A stretch of 64,000 nt of DNA from Nitrospirota bacterium (GTDB lineage: Bacteria; Nitrospirota; Thermodesulfovibrionia; Thermodesulfovibrionales; SM23-35): positions 238 through 64,237 of the forward strand of contig CAWCKM010000052.1 in assembly GCA_963796125.1 (NCBI GenBank), written 5' to 3'. This document shows, in pieces, positions 30,309-39,636 of this stretch. The first letter of the stretch is position 1. Every line of letters begins with the position of its first letter. The notes below the pieces were generated by a model. It did no database searches. It was not told where the DNA came from and saw only the letters and a program-made list of their open reading frames with translations. A program made the position numbers and the translations under genes.

Positions 30309-32002
30309 CTTGCCACCATCAATGTGGTTTCATGAGGGATATCCTTCCTCGGTATATTGAGATATGAGAAGGCCTGGCTTGCGATCTCCCTGAATACCGG
30401 TGAAGCTACAACTCCTCCGTAGATTTGTCCCTTTGGTTCATATATAACAACAATGAGTGCAAACTTCGGGTTGTCTGCTGGTACAAAACCCACAAAAGAA
30501 CTGACATATTTTTCTTTCGAGTACCTTTTTGTTTTTGGGTCTATCATCTGGGCGGTTCCTGTCTTGCCGGCAACCTCTTCTCCCTCAACCGATGCCTTTT
30601 CTCCTGTCCCTCCATCTACAACACTCTTGAGAACCTCTTTAAATATTTCGGCTGTTTTTGGAGAAATTATGCGTTTCTTTTCATTATCCATGAACGAAAA
30701 GAGCAGTTGGCCTTCAGGAGAAATTATCTCTGATACGACATGGGGTCTTACAAGGAATCCTCCATTTGCTATTGCAGAGTAAGTTCTCAGTATCTGTAGT
30801 GGAGTGACAGCAACCTCCTGACCGATTGGTATTGCGCCAAGGGATGTTCCTGACCACCTTTCCGGGGGATGCATCAATCCAGAGACTTCACCCGGCAGGT
30901 CTATCCCTGTTTTTTCACCAACACCCAAAAGTTTTGCATATTTGTAGATCCTCTCTTTTCCGAGCCTCATACCGATCATAATCGTGCCAACATTGGAAGA
31001 CTTCTGTATAACCTCCTTAAAGGTCAGTACCCCGTGTTTGTGGACATCGTGAATTGTTTTTCCTCCTACCTCAATAGATCCCCTGCTGACATCAAAGAGC
31101 GTATGAGGCTTTACGATATTTTCCTCAAGTGCTCCAATCCCTGCGACAATTTTGAATGTAGAGCCTGGTTCATAGTAATCAGTAATAGCCCGGTTCCTCT
31201 TCTCAAAATCTCTTGCCTTTCCCGGGTGGTTAGGATCATAGGAAGGCCTGTTTGCAAGCGCAAGAATCTCTCCTGTATAGGGATCCATCATGATGGCCGA
31301 TACTGCAGCAGCTCTCCACTGCACCATCGCCTTATCGAGCTCTCTTTCGACAATCCCCTGTAGTCCTTCATCGATAGTAAGCACTATGTTATTGCCTTTA
31401 GCTTCTTTATCTACTCCTGCTGAAAGCGTTTTTCCACTTGCATCTCTCTCGAGGAATACCTTCCCGCCTCTTGTTTTCAGGTACTTGTCAAATTGGAGTT
31501 CAACTCCTTCGAGCGCCTGATTATCTATGCCAACAGAGCCGACTATATGTGAGGCAAGTCTTCCTTTCGGGTAGACCCTTTTTGCCTCATTCATTAAACC
31601 AATGCCTTTAATGTTGAGACCTCTTACCCTCACGGCGATGTCTGGATCAAGTTTTCTTTCAATCCATGCAAATTTTCCTTTGTCAGGTATCTTTGTAAGA
31701 ATAGCCTTAGGTTCTCTTGCCATGGCAGAGGCGAGTTTCTTTAAGCTCTTCTTATCGAGTTGCAGACTGTCGGGTTCACAGTAAAGAGAATCCAGATCCA
31801 GGTTCAATGCAAGCTGTCTTCCCTCTCTGTCAAATACGATTCCTCTTCTCACCTGGATGTCTTCAACCTTTACGTGTTGCTGTTTCGCCTTTTCTGAAAG
31901 AGATTCGTGATTAAGGATCATCAAATCGGTGAGACGTAATAGTACCACAAAAAAACTGAAGATGATTATTGAACTCAGAATAATATGCCTTTTTCTATTC
32001 AA
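30305..32002 (-). CDS. ftsI: Peptidoglycan D,D-transpeptidase FtsI (class B PBP).
   Basis: N-terminal TM, EPGSTFK (SxxK), SSN and KTGTA motifs. dcw position. Confidence 0.92.
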   Translation of the reverse strand: MNRKRHIILSSIIIFSFFVVLLRLTDLMILNHESLSEKAKQQHVKVEDIQVRRGIVFDREGRQLALNLDLDSLYCEPDSLQLDKKSLKKLASAMAREPKAILTKIPDKGKFAWIERKLDPDIAVRVRGLNIKGIGLMNEAKRVYPKGRLASHIVGSVGIDNQALEGVELQFDKYLKTRGGKVFLERDASGKTLSAGVDKEAKGNNIVLTIDEGLQGIVERELDKAMVQWRAAAVSAIMMDPYTGEILALANRPSYDPNHPGKARDFEKRNRAITDYYEPGSTFKIVAGIGALEENIVKPHTLFDVSRGSIEVGGKTIHDVHKHGVLTFKEVIQKSSNVGTIMIGMRLGKERIYKYAKLLGVGEKTGIDLPGEVSGLMHPPERWSGTSLGAIPIGQEVAVTPLQILRTYSAIANGGFLVRPHVVSEIISPEGQLLFSFMDNEKKRIISPKTAEIFKEVLKSVVDGGTGEKASVEGEEVAGKTGTAQMIDPKTKRYSKEKYVSSFVGFVPADNPKFALIVVIYEPKGQIYGGVVASPVFREIASQAFSYLNIPRKDIPHETTLMVAR

Positions 32003-32020
32003 AGCCTTTCACCTCTCCCA

Positions 32021-32371
32021 TCAAGGAGCAACCAACTGTTTTTTCTCTAATGATGCCTTATGAGGGAGAGACCCCTTCTGCTTCTTCACATGAATTACCT
32101 TGACCCTGTCAGGGAAGATGAAGCCGCTGTTTTCCATGGCAGTTGTCTCAAGCCGCTCCAGGGATTGAAGGCCTGCCTTTTCAGCAAGCAGTAACCGTCT
32201 CTCTTTAATATGATCAGCTTTCATCTTTTCAAGGACGCCGATGTTATACTCTAAATTAAGAACACGTGACTTGAGCCAAACAAGACTGAACAGACCGGCG
32301 AATAACAAAGCAATACATGAGTACCTGAAAAGAAAAGATGTCATACTCTTCCTTCTGCCTAATCGTATCAT
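32021..32371 (-). CDS. ftsL: FtsL-like cell division protein.
   Basis: 116 aa with one TM (CIALLFAGLFSLVWL) followed by a coiled-coil-like segment. Lies between rsmH and ftsI. Confidence 0.6.
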   Translation of the reverse strand: MIRLGRRKSMTSFLFRYSCIALLFAGLFSLVWLKSRVLNLEYNIGVLEKMKADHIKERRLLLAEKAGLQSLERLETTAMENSGFIFPDRVKVIHVKKQKGSLPHKASLEKKQLVAP

Positions 32372-33244
32372 ATCCTCTCCGCTGCCCTCAGTTTTGCGCT
32401 TCTTGAAGAAGGATTTGATCTGATCTCCTCAGACCCCGGGGTCAGTGGTTTTTTTGTAATCACCTTCAGGGATCCCTCTTTTGAACTCCGGGCAATAAAA
32501 TGTTTTACTATCCTGTCTTCGAGGGAATGGTAAGAAATAACGCATAACCTTCCACCCCTTTTCAGGATCCTTACAGAAGCATCGAGCCCTTTCTGCAGCT
32601 CGTCAAGCTCTTTATTTACTTCTATCCGCAGTGCCTGAAAAGTCTTTGTTGCAGGATGAACTCTTCCTCTTCTCCCATACACTCTTTCCACAATCTCCGA
32701 GAGTTCAGAGCAAGTATCTATTGGCTTGATCCTCCTTTTTCTGACTATTGCCTCAGATATCTTTCTCGACAAACGTTCTTCCCCGAATTCCCGGAGTATC
32801 CTTTCAAGTTCATTTGCAGGATATCTGTTCACAACATCCCATGCAGACAGAGCTTGTTCCTTGTCCATTCTCATGTCCATACGTTTATCAGAGATAAAAC
32901 TGAATCCTCTTTCAATATCTTTCATCTGTATCATGGATATGCCGAGATCGAAAAGGATGCCGTCGACTTCGGTGATCTCCATCTTTTTTAAGCAGTTTCT
33001 CCATATCTGAAAAACTCCCTTTCCTGAGGATTACCCTTTTATCAGACAACCTCTCTTGGGCTATTCTCAGGGCTTCATTGTCCCGATCTATGCCTATGAG
33101 CTTTCCCCCTGTACCAATCAACGTGAGAATCTCTTCTGAATGTCCCCCGGGTCCGATCGTTGCATCCACGTATGTTCCACCCGGTATAGGGTTCAGTACC
33201 TTAATTGCCTCTTTCACCATAACCGGGAGATGAATAATCTCCAC
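32368..33244 (-). pseudogene. rsmH: 16S rRNA m4C1402 methyltransferase RsmH (MraW), split by one frameshift near 32975-32990.
   Basis: N-terminal piece 32912-33244 (HLPVMVKEAI...YVDATIGPGGHSEEIL). C-terminal piece 32368-32982 (VDGILFDLGISMIQM...ISYHSLEDRIVK). The break is next to a T6 run at 32984-32989. Confidence 0.9.
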
Positions 33245-33265
33245 AGTTAGTCCCCGCTTGTGACT

Positions 33266-33718
33266 CTAAATGCCGTAAGCTGAAAGTTTTTCTTCGTAAG
33301 ATTTCCTGTGTTCCATTGATGGTTCAACAAGGCTGTTCCATTCATCTCTGTTCCAGAGTTCAATCCTGTCTATCTGACCCACTATCGCAACATCTCCATT
33401 AATGCTTGCATCTTCCCTCAGGGCTGCCGGAATCAGTATCCTTCCCTGTTTATCCATCTCCACCTCAATGGCAGAGGCAATAACCCTCTTCATGAAAAAC
33501 CTGATTGCTTCATCGTACCTTGGCTTACTACGCACCTGCTCCTGGAGCTTGCTCCACTCCTCAAGAGGGTAGATATAGAGGCAGCGGTCAAAAGGTGCAT
33601 TCGTTATATAGAGCTTTGTGCTATAATTGCTTGTTATGATTTCCCGAAAAGCAGAAGGGATAATAATTCTACCTTTGGGATCAACTGTGTAATAGTGTTT
33701 TCCGGAGAAAGATGGCAA
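33266..33718 (-). CDS. mraZ: Transcriptional regulator MraZ.
   Basis: FSGKHYYTVDPKGRIIIPSAFR and DKQGRILIPAALR, the two SpoVT/AbrB-like repeats. Preferred TTG start at 33718 with GGAGGG 5 nt upstream. The longer ORF to 33781 would translate the promoter. Confidence 0.9.
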   Translation of the reverse strand: MPSFSGKHYYTVDPKGRIIIPSAFREIITSNYSTKLYITNAPFDRCLYIYPLEEWSKLQEQVRSKPRYDEAIRFFMKRVIASAIEVEMDKQGRILIPAALREDASINGDVAIVGQIDRIELWNRDEWNSLVEPSMEHRKSYEEKLSAYGI

Positions 33719-33726
33719 ATTTGCCC

Positions 33727-33752
33727 TCCACTTTCTACCACTTTTCTCCACA
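33727..33752 (-). promoter_or_regulatory. Putative MraZ operator: three GTGG repeats in 10-bp phase.
   Basis: Minus strand reads GTGGAGAAAA GTGGTAGAAA GTGGAGGGCA (plus-strand CCAC at 33728-31, 33738-41, 33748-51). The arrangement matches MraZ-binding direct repeats described in other bacteria. Confidence 0.6.
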
Positions 33753-33781
33753 ATATAGAGCACTGCAAAAAAGATTGTCAA
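33752..33781 (-). promoter_or_regulatory. Pmra-like sigma70 promoter of the dcw cluster.
   Basis: Minus strand: TTGACA (33781-33776), 18-nt spacer, TATATT (33757-33752), directly abutting the GTGG repeats. Confidence 0.55.
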
Positions 33782-34035
33782 GAAAAAAATTAAAATTTCC
33801 TATATCCTGTATGTCTTATATTGAGGAATAACTAAATATAGGGAATATCTTTCAGGCTTTTGCCAGGGATAAGTTATCCAGATAAGCAAATAATCATGGA
33901 GAGAATTGATGAGAAAAAAGTACATCTTTGGTTCCTTTTTTGGAGATGAGAATTGTATGTTCATCAATTTTTCATTTGCAAGAGAATAAGCACAGACTGG
34001 CATAAACTTTTCTATCGGCAAAATGTATTTTTGGC

Positions 34036-34064
34036 TTGACAAAAGGATTTCTTCTTGATACTGT
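34036..34064 (+). promoter_or_regulatory. Candidate promoter of the HU gene.
   Basis: TTGACA (34036-34041), 17-nt spacer, TACTGT (34059-34064). GGGGGGAGGAG RBS before the ATG at 34112. Confidence 0.35.
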
Positions 34065-34111
34065 TATTCTCAACTTCTTTAAAACGTTCTATATGAAAGG
34101 GGGGAGGAGAA

Positions 34112-34385
34112 ATGACAAAGGCAGAGCTTATCGATAAGGTTGCCTCAGGTGCGGGACTCAGTAAGGTAGATGCCTCAAAGGCACTGGATACTACGTTAAA
34201 TTCCATTAAGGGAGCCTTGAAAAAAGGACAAAAGGTCACCCTTGTTGGATTCGGAACATTTTCTGTTGTTAAAAGGAAATCCAGAAAGGGCCGTAATCCC
34301 AGAACAGGCGATGTTATCACCATACCTGCTGCAAAGATTCCTAAGTTCTCAGTCCGGCAAAGCACTTAAAGACGCAGTACGATAA
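34112..34385 (+). CDS. hup: HU/IHF-family nucleoid protein, with a probable frameshift in the last 12 or so codons.
   Basis: MTKAELIDKVA...GFGTFSVVKRKSRKGRNPRTGDVITIPAAKIPKF. The canonical ending GKALKDAVR* is present in the +1 frame and ends at 34385. Confidence 0.85.
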
Positions 34386-34413
34386 ACTTTGTATGACATT
34401 ATCTTAAGCATAC

Positions 34414-34445
34414 GGAAAAGGGGCATATAGCCCCTTTTCTTGTCG
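34414..34445 (+). terminator. Rho-independent terminator after the HU gene.
   Basis: GGAAAAGGGGC-ATATA-GCCCCTTTTCT hairpin followed by a T-rich tract. Confidence 0.7.
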
Positions 34446-34505
34446 AAGTTTTTTTAACTTACCTTATGCATATACGCATTTTAGAAGAAAAAGAAAGGAG
34501 GGGTT

Positions 34506-34811
34506 ATGCTCGTTGAACTCAGTGTTATTCCCATTGGTGCCGGAAGCAGCATCGGTGACCAGCTTGCAGAGGTTTTAAAGATCATCGATGCAAGTGGCCT
34601 TGCATATAAGGTCAATCCTATGGGAACCGTTATCGAAGGTGAATGGGATGACATTATGAAGCTTATAAAAAAATGTCACCAGGCTGTTATGAAGACCGGC
34701 GAGAGGGTACTGACGACAATCATCATCGATGACAGGAAAGGAAAGCCGAACAGGATAGAGGAAAAGGTAAAATCAATAGAAAGGAGAATAGGGAAGTCTC
34801 TTAAGAAATAA
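34506..34811 (+). CDS. MTH1187/YkoF-family (UPF0045) thiamine-binding-like protein.
   Basis: MLVELSVIPIGAGSSIGDQLAEVLKIIDASGLAYKVNPMGTVIEG is the typical family opening. 101 aa. Confidence 0.8.
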   Translation: MLVELSVIPIGAGSSIGDQLAEVLKIIDASGLAYKVNPMGTVIEGEWDDIMKLIKKCHQAVMKTGERVLTTIIIDDRKGKPNRIEEKVKSIERRIGKSLKK

Positions 34812-34835
34812 AGGGAGGGTTAACCCTCTGTAAGT

Positions 34836-37463
34836 TCAGATTTGCTGTTTCGCAGCCAGCCTTGCCGATAGACTCTGTACGAACTTTTCCTCGTCTTCCC
34901 GCGACTTGAGATGTCCTCTGAGTCTTTCCTCGAGGAGTTCTTTAAGAATTCGCGAATAGAGAGGTCCGGGCTTGATACCCATCTGTTTCAGGTCATCTCC
35001 AGAGAGAATTGTTTTTACTTTCCTCAGTTCTGTCAGATACTGCGATATCACCTTCTGTTTCTTTCTCTCTTTACTTATTGCCATTGCCAACAGGATTGTT
35101 TCGATCTTGAGTTTGTTCAGGAGGTTATAGGTTTCCACAGGATCATCGAGCGGAAGTTTTTTCAGGACTTCCCTTGCAAGGAGTAAACCCCTGATGATCA
35201 AATCCCTGATTTTTGGTGGTGGTGATAAACGGTCTACAGTAGCCTTTACCTCTTCGTCTTTTAGTCCTGTCAACATGGCTATGAGAAACAGGATTCCCCT
35301 GTCGGTCTTTTCTTCGAGGAAGAGAAGATCAAACCAGGAGAAGGTCTCATGCATTGATTTCATGGTTGCATCAAGTTCCTCATTGAATACGAGGGTCGGA
35401 TATATAACCTTTAAGAGGCCAAGATCTGACAACCTCTTGAGTGTCTTGCCCGGTTCAGTCTCCCTAAATAGGAGCAGGAGTTCCTCATAGAGCCTTGCTC
35501 CCGAGAGCATTTCAAAAAGGTTCATCTTTACCGCTAATTTTATGAGATTCTCTGTATGTTTACTGATCCTGAATCCGAATCTTTCTGAAAATCTGATTGC
35601 CCTGAATGCCCGTGTCGGATCTTCGATGAAACTGAGGTTATGGAGAATCCTGACTGTTTTCTCCCGCAAATCGCGCTGGCCACCAAAAAAATCTATCAGG
35701 AGACCGAAGTCCTGCGGATTTAATTTTATCGCCAGGGTGTTGATTGTAAAGTCTCTCCTGTAAAGATCTTTTTTGATTGATGATGTTTCTACTTTTGGAA
35801 GCGCTGCTGGTGACTCGTAATATTCAGTTCTGGCTGTTGCTACATCGAGTTTTACCTTATCTGTGATAACCTGGGCTGTATTAAACCGCTGGTGTTCTTT
35901 TACCCGTGCATTCAACCTTTCCCCTAACGCCTTTGCAAAGGTAATACCATCACCTTCGATTACGATATCAATGTCAAGATTTTCCTCGCCTCTTAATATG
36001 TCTCTTACTGTCCCTCCTACAAGATAGGCGTTGAATCCTTTTTCCTTTGCTACCTCCCCGGAGAGTTTCAGGATGTTATAGACCTCAGAAGGGAACCTGT
36101 CCTTCAGCAAAGAGGACAGGCTTCTCCCAGCAGACGGCTTTTCTTTTATGATCGTTTGCTCTATCTTCCTGCGCCTGAGGAACTCTTCATAGAGAGTCCT
36201 CAGCAGATCCGTCCTTGTGATTGCACCGATAATCTTCGCATTCTCGATAACAGGCATAAACCTCTCGTTTTGCTCTATCATCATTGTTTCTATCTCTCTT
36301 ATCGGTGCGTTAGGACCAACGGTTATCGTATCTGTTGTGGCAAAATCTATTGATCTGCTTTTTCCAAAACCGTGATAAAGGGCTTTCTCGACAATCTCAC
36401 GCGATATGATACCGATGTACTCTTCTTCTTTCAGAACCGGCAGGACATTTACCCCATAACGCGTCATCATCATCTCTGCCTCTTTGATGGGAGTGTCCCA
36501 CTGAATAGTAATAACAGGGCTTGTCATGACATCAGAAGCAACCTTGAAGGGCTTCACATTTTTCAGGAGGAGGTCTGTCAATTTGTCCTCAAGGATTTCA
36601 AGAGATGCTTCTTTTACTGTGGCAGAGGCTGCTGTGGGATGTCCCCCGCCTCCGAATTCTTGCATCACCCTTGCTACATTGAGCTCAGGGACCCGGCTCC
36701 TGGCAACCATCAGTATCTTCCCTTCCAAGCTCAGGAGTATCACCACAGCATCAATATCTTCTATATCCATCAGCCTGTGAGCAAGGTATGCTGCATCTCC
36801 GACGTATGTTTCACGGGATGCTTTTGCTACCTTAATTCTTATCCCTCCTATAACCATCTCCTTTGATGACTGGACAACCTCATTCAGGAGCTCAAGTTCT
36901 TCCATACTCAGTTCCATTTTCAGAAAGCTCGAGACAATGTTGAGGTTTGCACCTCTTTTCAGAAGATATGCAACAGCAAGCACGTCTCGTTCCGTTGTAG
37001 AAGGAAAAAGCAGACAACCTGTCTCTTCGTAAATTCCCAGAGCAAGTATTGTAGCCTCCATTGGAGTTAAATATATTTTTCTGTTTTTCAGTATCTCTGC
37101 AAAGATGGTTGCTGTAGCTCCTACGTGTTCGATTTTCTCGACATCTCCCCGTATATCGCCCTCACTGAAGGGATGGTGGTCATAGATGTGTATTTTTAAA
37201 CCTTTCCGGGAGAGCAATTCTGCAAGCGGTCCTATCCTGTTAGGTATCTTTGTATCAACAATGATGATACCCGTAACCTGAGCAAGATCAATGTCTTTTA
37301 GCCGCCTTATTTCTACAGGATGGAAAGCTTCCATGAAATCTCTCAACTTCTTTTCCTGTGATCCGGGAAAGACCATCTGAGCTTCAGGATAGAGCTTATG
37401 AGCAGCTACCATCGAGGCAAGAGCATCAAAATCAGCATTTATATGAGAAGTAATGATGTCCAC
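34836..37463 (-). CDS. Fusion of DHH/DHHA1 phosphoesterase, tandem CBS domains and a poly(A) polymerase / CCA-adding nucleotidyltransferase.
   Basis: N-terminal SHINADFDALASM...IYDHHP (DHH) and GGGHPTAA (DHHA1). Two CBS modules (VMTSPVITI..., GIISREIV). C-terminal YLVGGTVRDILRGEENLDIDIVIEGD...RDFTINTLA (PolyA_pol head). Confidence 0.8.
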   Translation of the reverse strand: MDIITSHINADFDALASMVAAHKLYPEAQMVFPGSQEKKLRDFMEAFHPVEIRRLKDIDLAQVTGIIIVDTKIPNRIGPLAELLSRKGLKIHIYDHHPFSEGDIRGDVEKIEHVGATATIFAEILKNRKIYLTPMEATILALGIYEETGCLLFPSTTERDVLAVAYLLKRGANLNIVSSFLKMELSMEELELLNEVVQSSKEMVIGGIRIKVAKASRETYVGDAAYLAHRLMDIEDIDAVVILLSLEGKILMVARSRVPELNVARVMQEFGGGGHPTAASATVKEASLEILEDKLTDLLLKNVKPFKVASDVMTSPVITIQWDTPIKEAEMMMTRYGVNVLPVLKEEEYIGIISREIVEKALYHGFGKSRSIDFATTDTITVGPNAPIREIETMMIEQNERFMPVIENAKIIGAITRTDLLRTLYEEFLRRRKIEQTIIKEKPSAGRSLSSLLKDRFPSEVYNILKLSGEVAKEKGFNAYLVGGTVRDILRGEENLDIDIVIEGDGITFAKALGERLNARVKEHQRFNTAQVITDKVKLDVATARTEYYESPAALPKVETSSIKKDLYRRDFTINTLAIKLNPQDFGLLIDFFGGQRDLREKTVRILHNLSFIEDPTRAFRAIRFSERFGFRISKHTENLIKLAVKMNLFEMLSGARLYEELLLLFRETEPGKTLKRLSDLGLLKVIYPTLVFNEELDATMKSMHETFSWFDLLFLEEKTDRGILFLIAMLTGLKDEEVKATVDRLSPPPKIRDLIIRGLLLAREVLKKLPLDDPVETYNLLNKLKIETILLAMAISKERKKQKVISQYLTELRKVKTILSGDDLKQMGIKPGPLYSRILKELLEERLRGHLKSREDEEKFVQSLSARLAAKQQI

Positions 37464-37486
37464 AATGTATTTTAACAGATAAAGAA

Positions 37487-38936
37487 CTACAGAGAGGGAC
37501 AGATAGCAATCTGATCACGCCCTTTTTCCTTGGCAGAGAAAAGGGCGTCATCAGCAAATGTGATGAGGTTGTCAGGATTTTTGATCCTTATATCGGAACT
37601 GCAGGCTATTCCTATACTCACCGTAATTTTCTCACCGTCTTTGAGGGCATAGAACTTATGTTTCCGTATGATTTTACTTAACCGTTCTGCTTCTGCACAA
37701 GAACCCGACAGGGATGTCTGGGGCAGAAGCATGATAAACTCTTCGCCACCATATCGTGCAAAGACATCAGATTTTCTGGTATGTTCCCTCACGAGTTGTG
37801 CAAATTCCCTCAGGATTACGTCTCCTGCTCTATGACCATAGGTATCATTTATTTTTTTAAAGTTATCAATGTCGAACATCATACAGCACAAAGGCATCCT
37901 GTGCCTTTCAGCCCTGCTGAATTCCTCATCAAGCCTGTTGTAAAAGTATCGCACATTATAAATTCCTGTCAGGTAATCAGTTATAGCAAGCCGTTCGAGA
38001 TCGCTCCTTTCTTTTGCAAGGTTTTCATAGAGGAAGGCATTATAGAGTGCATTGGCAGACGCATTGGCAATAGCAGTACAAAGCTTTTTTTCTCTTTCTG
38101 AAAAGGTTCGATCTGCTTTTGCGATGTTCAGTAATAATGTCCCGATAACTTCATCATGAAAGGTTATCGGTATCACCATAATCGAACGAATGCCCATAGG
38201 TTCTAAGATTTCTCTTTACTTCTTTCATCATGGGGTCTTTCAGTGCATCTTTGACCAATATGGATTTCTTCAGTGCTAATGCCTTTCGTATCTCCGGGTA
38301 TTTCTGCAGGTCTATCTTCAGGTTTGTAATGTTCGGGTCTTCAAAGGTCGATACAACGGTTGCGTATCTCTTATTTTTGGTATCAGTACTGATCATAGAG
38401 CATCTCGTAACATGGATTATCTCGGATAATTTCTTGACCACAAGATAAAGTGCCTTTTGCGGGTCAAGGGTTGATGTAATAAAGTGGGTAAGTTCGATAA
38501 GTGTCTCAAGATCCTTACGTTTTTTATGGAGGGTCCCTAACCAACTCTTTTTTCTGATCGCAGATCTCAGTCTCTCCTCAAGATCTTCCTTATTGAAGGG
38601 GCCAAGAAGATAATACTCCAACCCTGATTTGACCAAAGAACGGATTCCTTTAACAGCATTGCCAGGTTCTATCAAGGCTATTATAGGAAATTCAACCTCA
38701 GAGGGTTTTATATATTCGAGGACATTGGTGTTGCTGATGATAAGGGCGTCAGGTTTTTTCTTTTCGAGTTCTCTGCGGAGGGTCTCTATGTTTTTATTTA
38801 TAATAAAATGTGCTGTATAATCGTTTCTTTTTCTAAAAAAAGACTTCAGGAATTTCAGAATATCTCTTTCATTTTCATAGATGGATATTGTTTTTTTCAT
38901 CCTGTTTTCCTTTGCAATTATCACAAATTTTCTCAT
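37487..38936 (-). pseudogene. Diguanylate cyclase with a receiver-like domain, GAF and GGDEF (intact GGEEF and RxxD I-site). One frameshift near 38180.
   Basis: Pieces 38154-38936 (REC-like plus GAF start) and 37487-38197 (GAF end, YLTGIYNVRYF, RKSDVFARYGGEEFIMLLP). Confidence 0.8.
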
Positions 38937-39103
38937 ATTTGTCCAATAGTTTTTATATTTGCATGAGTGACTCTCTTTCTGTAACGGGAATCACTATGAC
39001 CTCTTAAGGCTCCTGCACATAGCATAAATTTTTAAAAACATCTTGATTTTCGATTTACTATAAAAGTAAATTACTAATGACTTCATAAGTAATGTCTCAT
39101 GAT

Positions 39104-39214
39104 TGTCATTCCCGCTTGTCGGGTCACCTCAGCGACTCGCCGGGGCGAGAATCTTTCCGAGAGAAGAAGGGTTCTGGATTCATCCGCCTGAGGCGGACAA
39201 GAGCCAGAATGACA
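39104..39214. repeat. MITE-like 111-bp element with 8-bp terminal inverted repeats TGTCATTC/GAATGACA.
   Basis: A GC-rich insert in AT-rich intergenic DNA. Internal hairpins are CTCGCCGGGGCGAG and CCGCCTGAGGCGG. ORF 39092-39295 is its spurious translation. Confidence 0.65.
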
Positions 39215-39330
39215 CAATGGCTGACTAATTACGGTTTTCTAACGAACTTGTTAGTAGTTTGTCAAAGGCAAATGATGGCAGGCAGTGATGCATAACTATT
39301 CAACGATACTATTAAACGGAGGAAGAAACG

Positions 39331-39564
39331 ATGGAAGACATGGATCGGTATAATGAGATGAGCAAACACATAGGGAGTGTGGAAACCTTTTTTGATGTAT
39401 TTCATGTTATAGCACAACACGGTTTATTGGGAGAGCTGAAGAACACCTCGGTAATCTATCTTCTTACGGAAGTGAGCGAGAAACTGGAAACGATCAAGAG
39501 GCTGCATAAAGAAACGTATGACAGATTACAGGGACTTAAAAGACAGACTGGTGTAGCGGGCTAA
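39331..39564 (+). CDS. Small hypothetical protein (77 aa).
   Basis: ORF with GGAGGAAGAAACG upstream of the ATG. No recognisable family. Confidence 0.4.
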   Translation: MEDMDRYNEMSKHIGSVETFFDVFHVIAQHGLLGELKNTSVIYLLTEVSEKLETIKRLHKETYDRLQGLKRQTGVAG

Positions 39565-39636
39565 GCATATGAATACGTTAACCTTAATTTAATGAAAGGC
39601 CCTCAGGTTCCAGGGGCATATCATTAAAAAGTCTGC

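Noticed and set aside
33719-33781. The 21-codon N-terminal extension of the mraZ ORF (MTIFFAVLYIVEKSGRKWRAN).
   Set aside because: This stretch contains the TTGACA/TATATT promoter, the three GTGG boxes and the GGAGGG RBS. MraZ proteins normally begin close to the xFxGxxxxxxDxKGR motif, which fits the TTG at 33718.
33800-34365. Minus-strand ORFs 33800-34042 and 34012-34365.
   Set aside because: The second is antisense to the clearly recognisable HU gene. The first lies in the AT-rich divergent promoter region. Neither has an RBS or recognisable motifs.
34816-34827. The AGGGTTAACCCT palindrome between the convergent genes at 34811/34836 as a bidirectional terminator.
   Set aside because: The stem is only 4 bp around a TTAA centre, with no flanking U-tract. 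It is too weak to support as a feature.
39092-39295. The 67-aa ORF MSHDCHSRLSGHLSDSPGRESF...
   Set aside because: It is the read-through translation of the MITE-like element at 39104-39214, with an Arg/Ser/Gly-rich composition unlike neighbouring genes.
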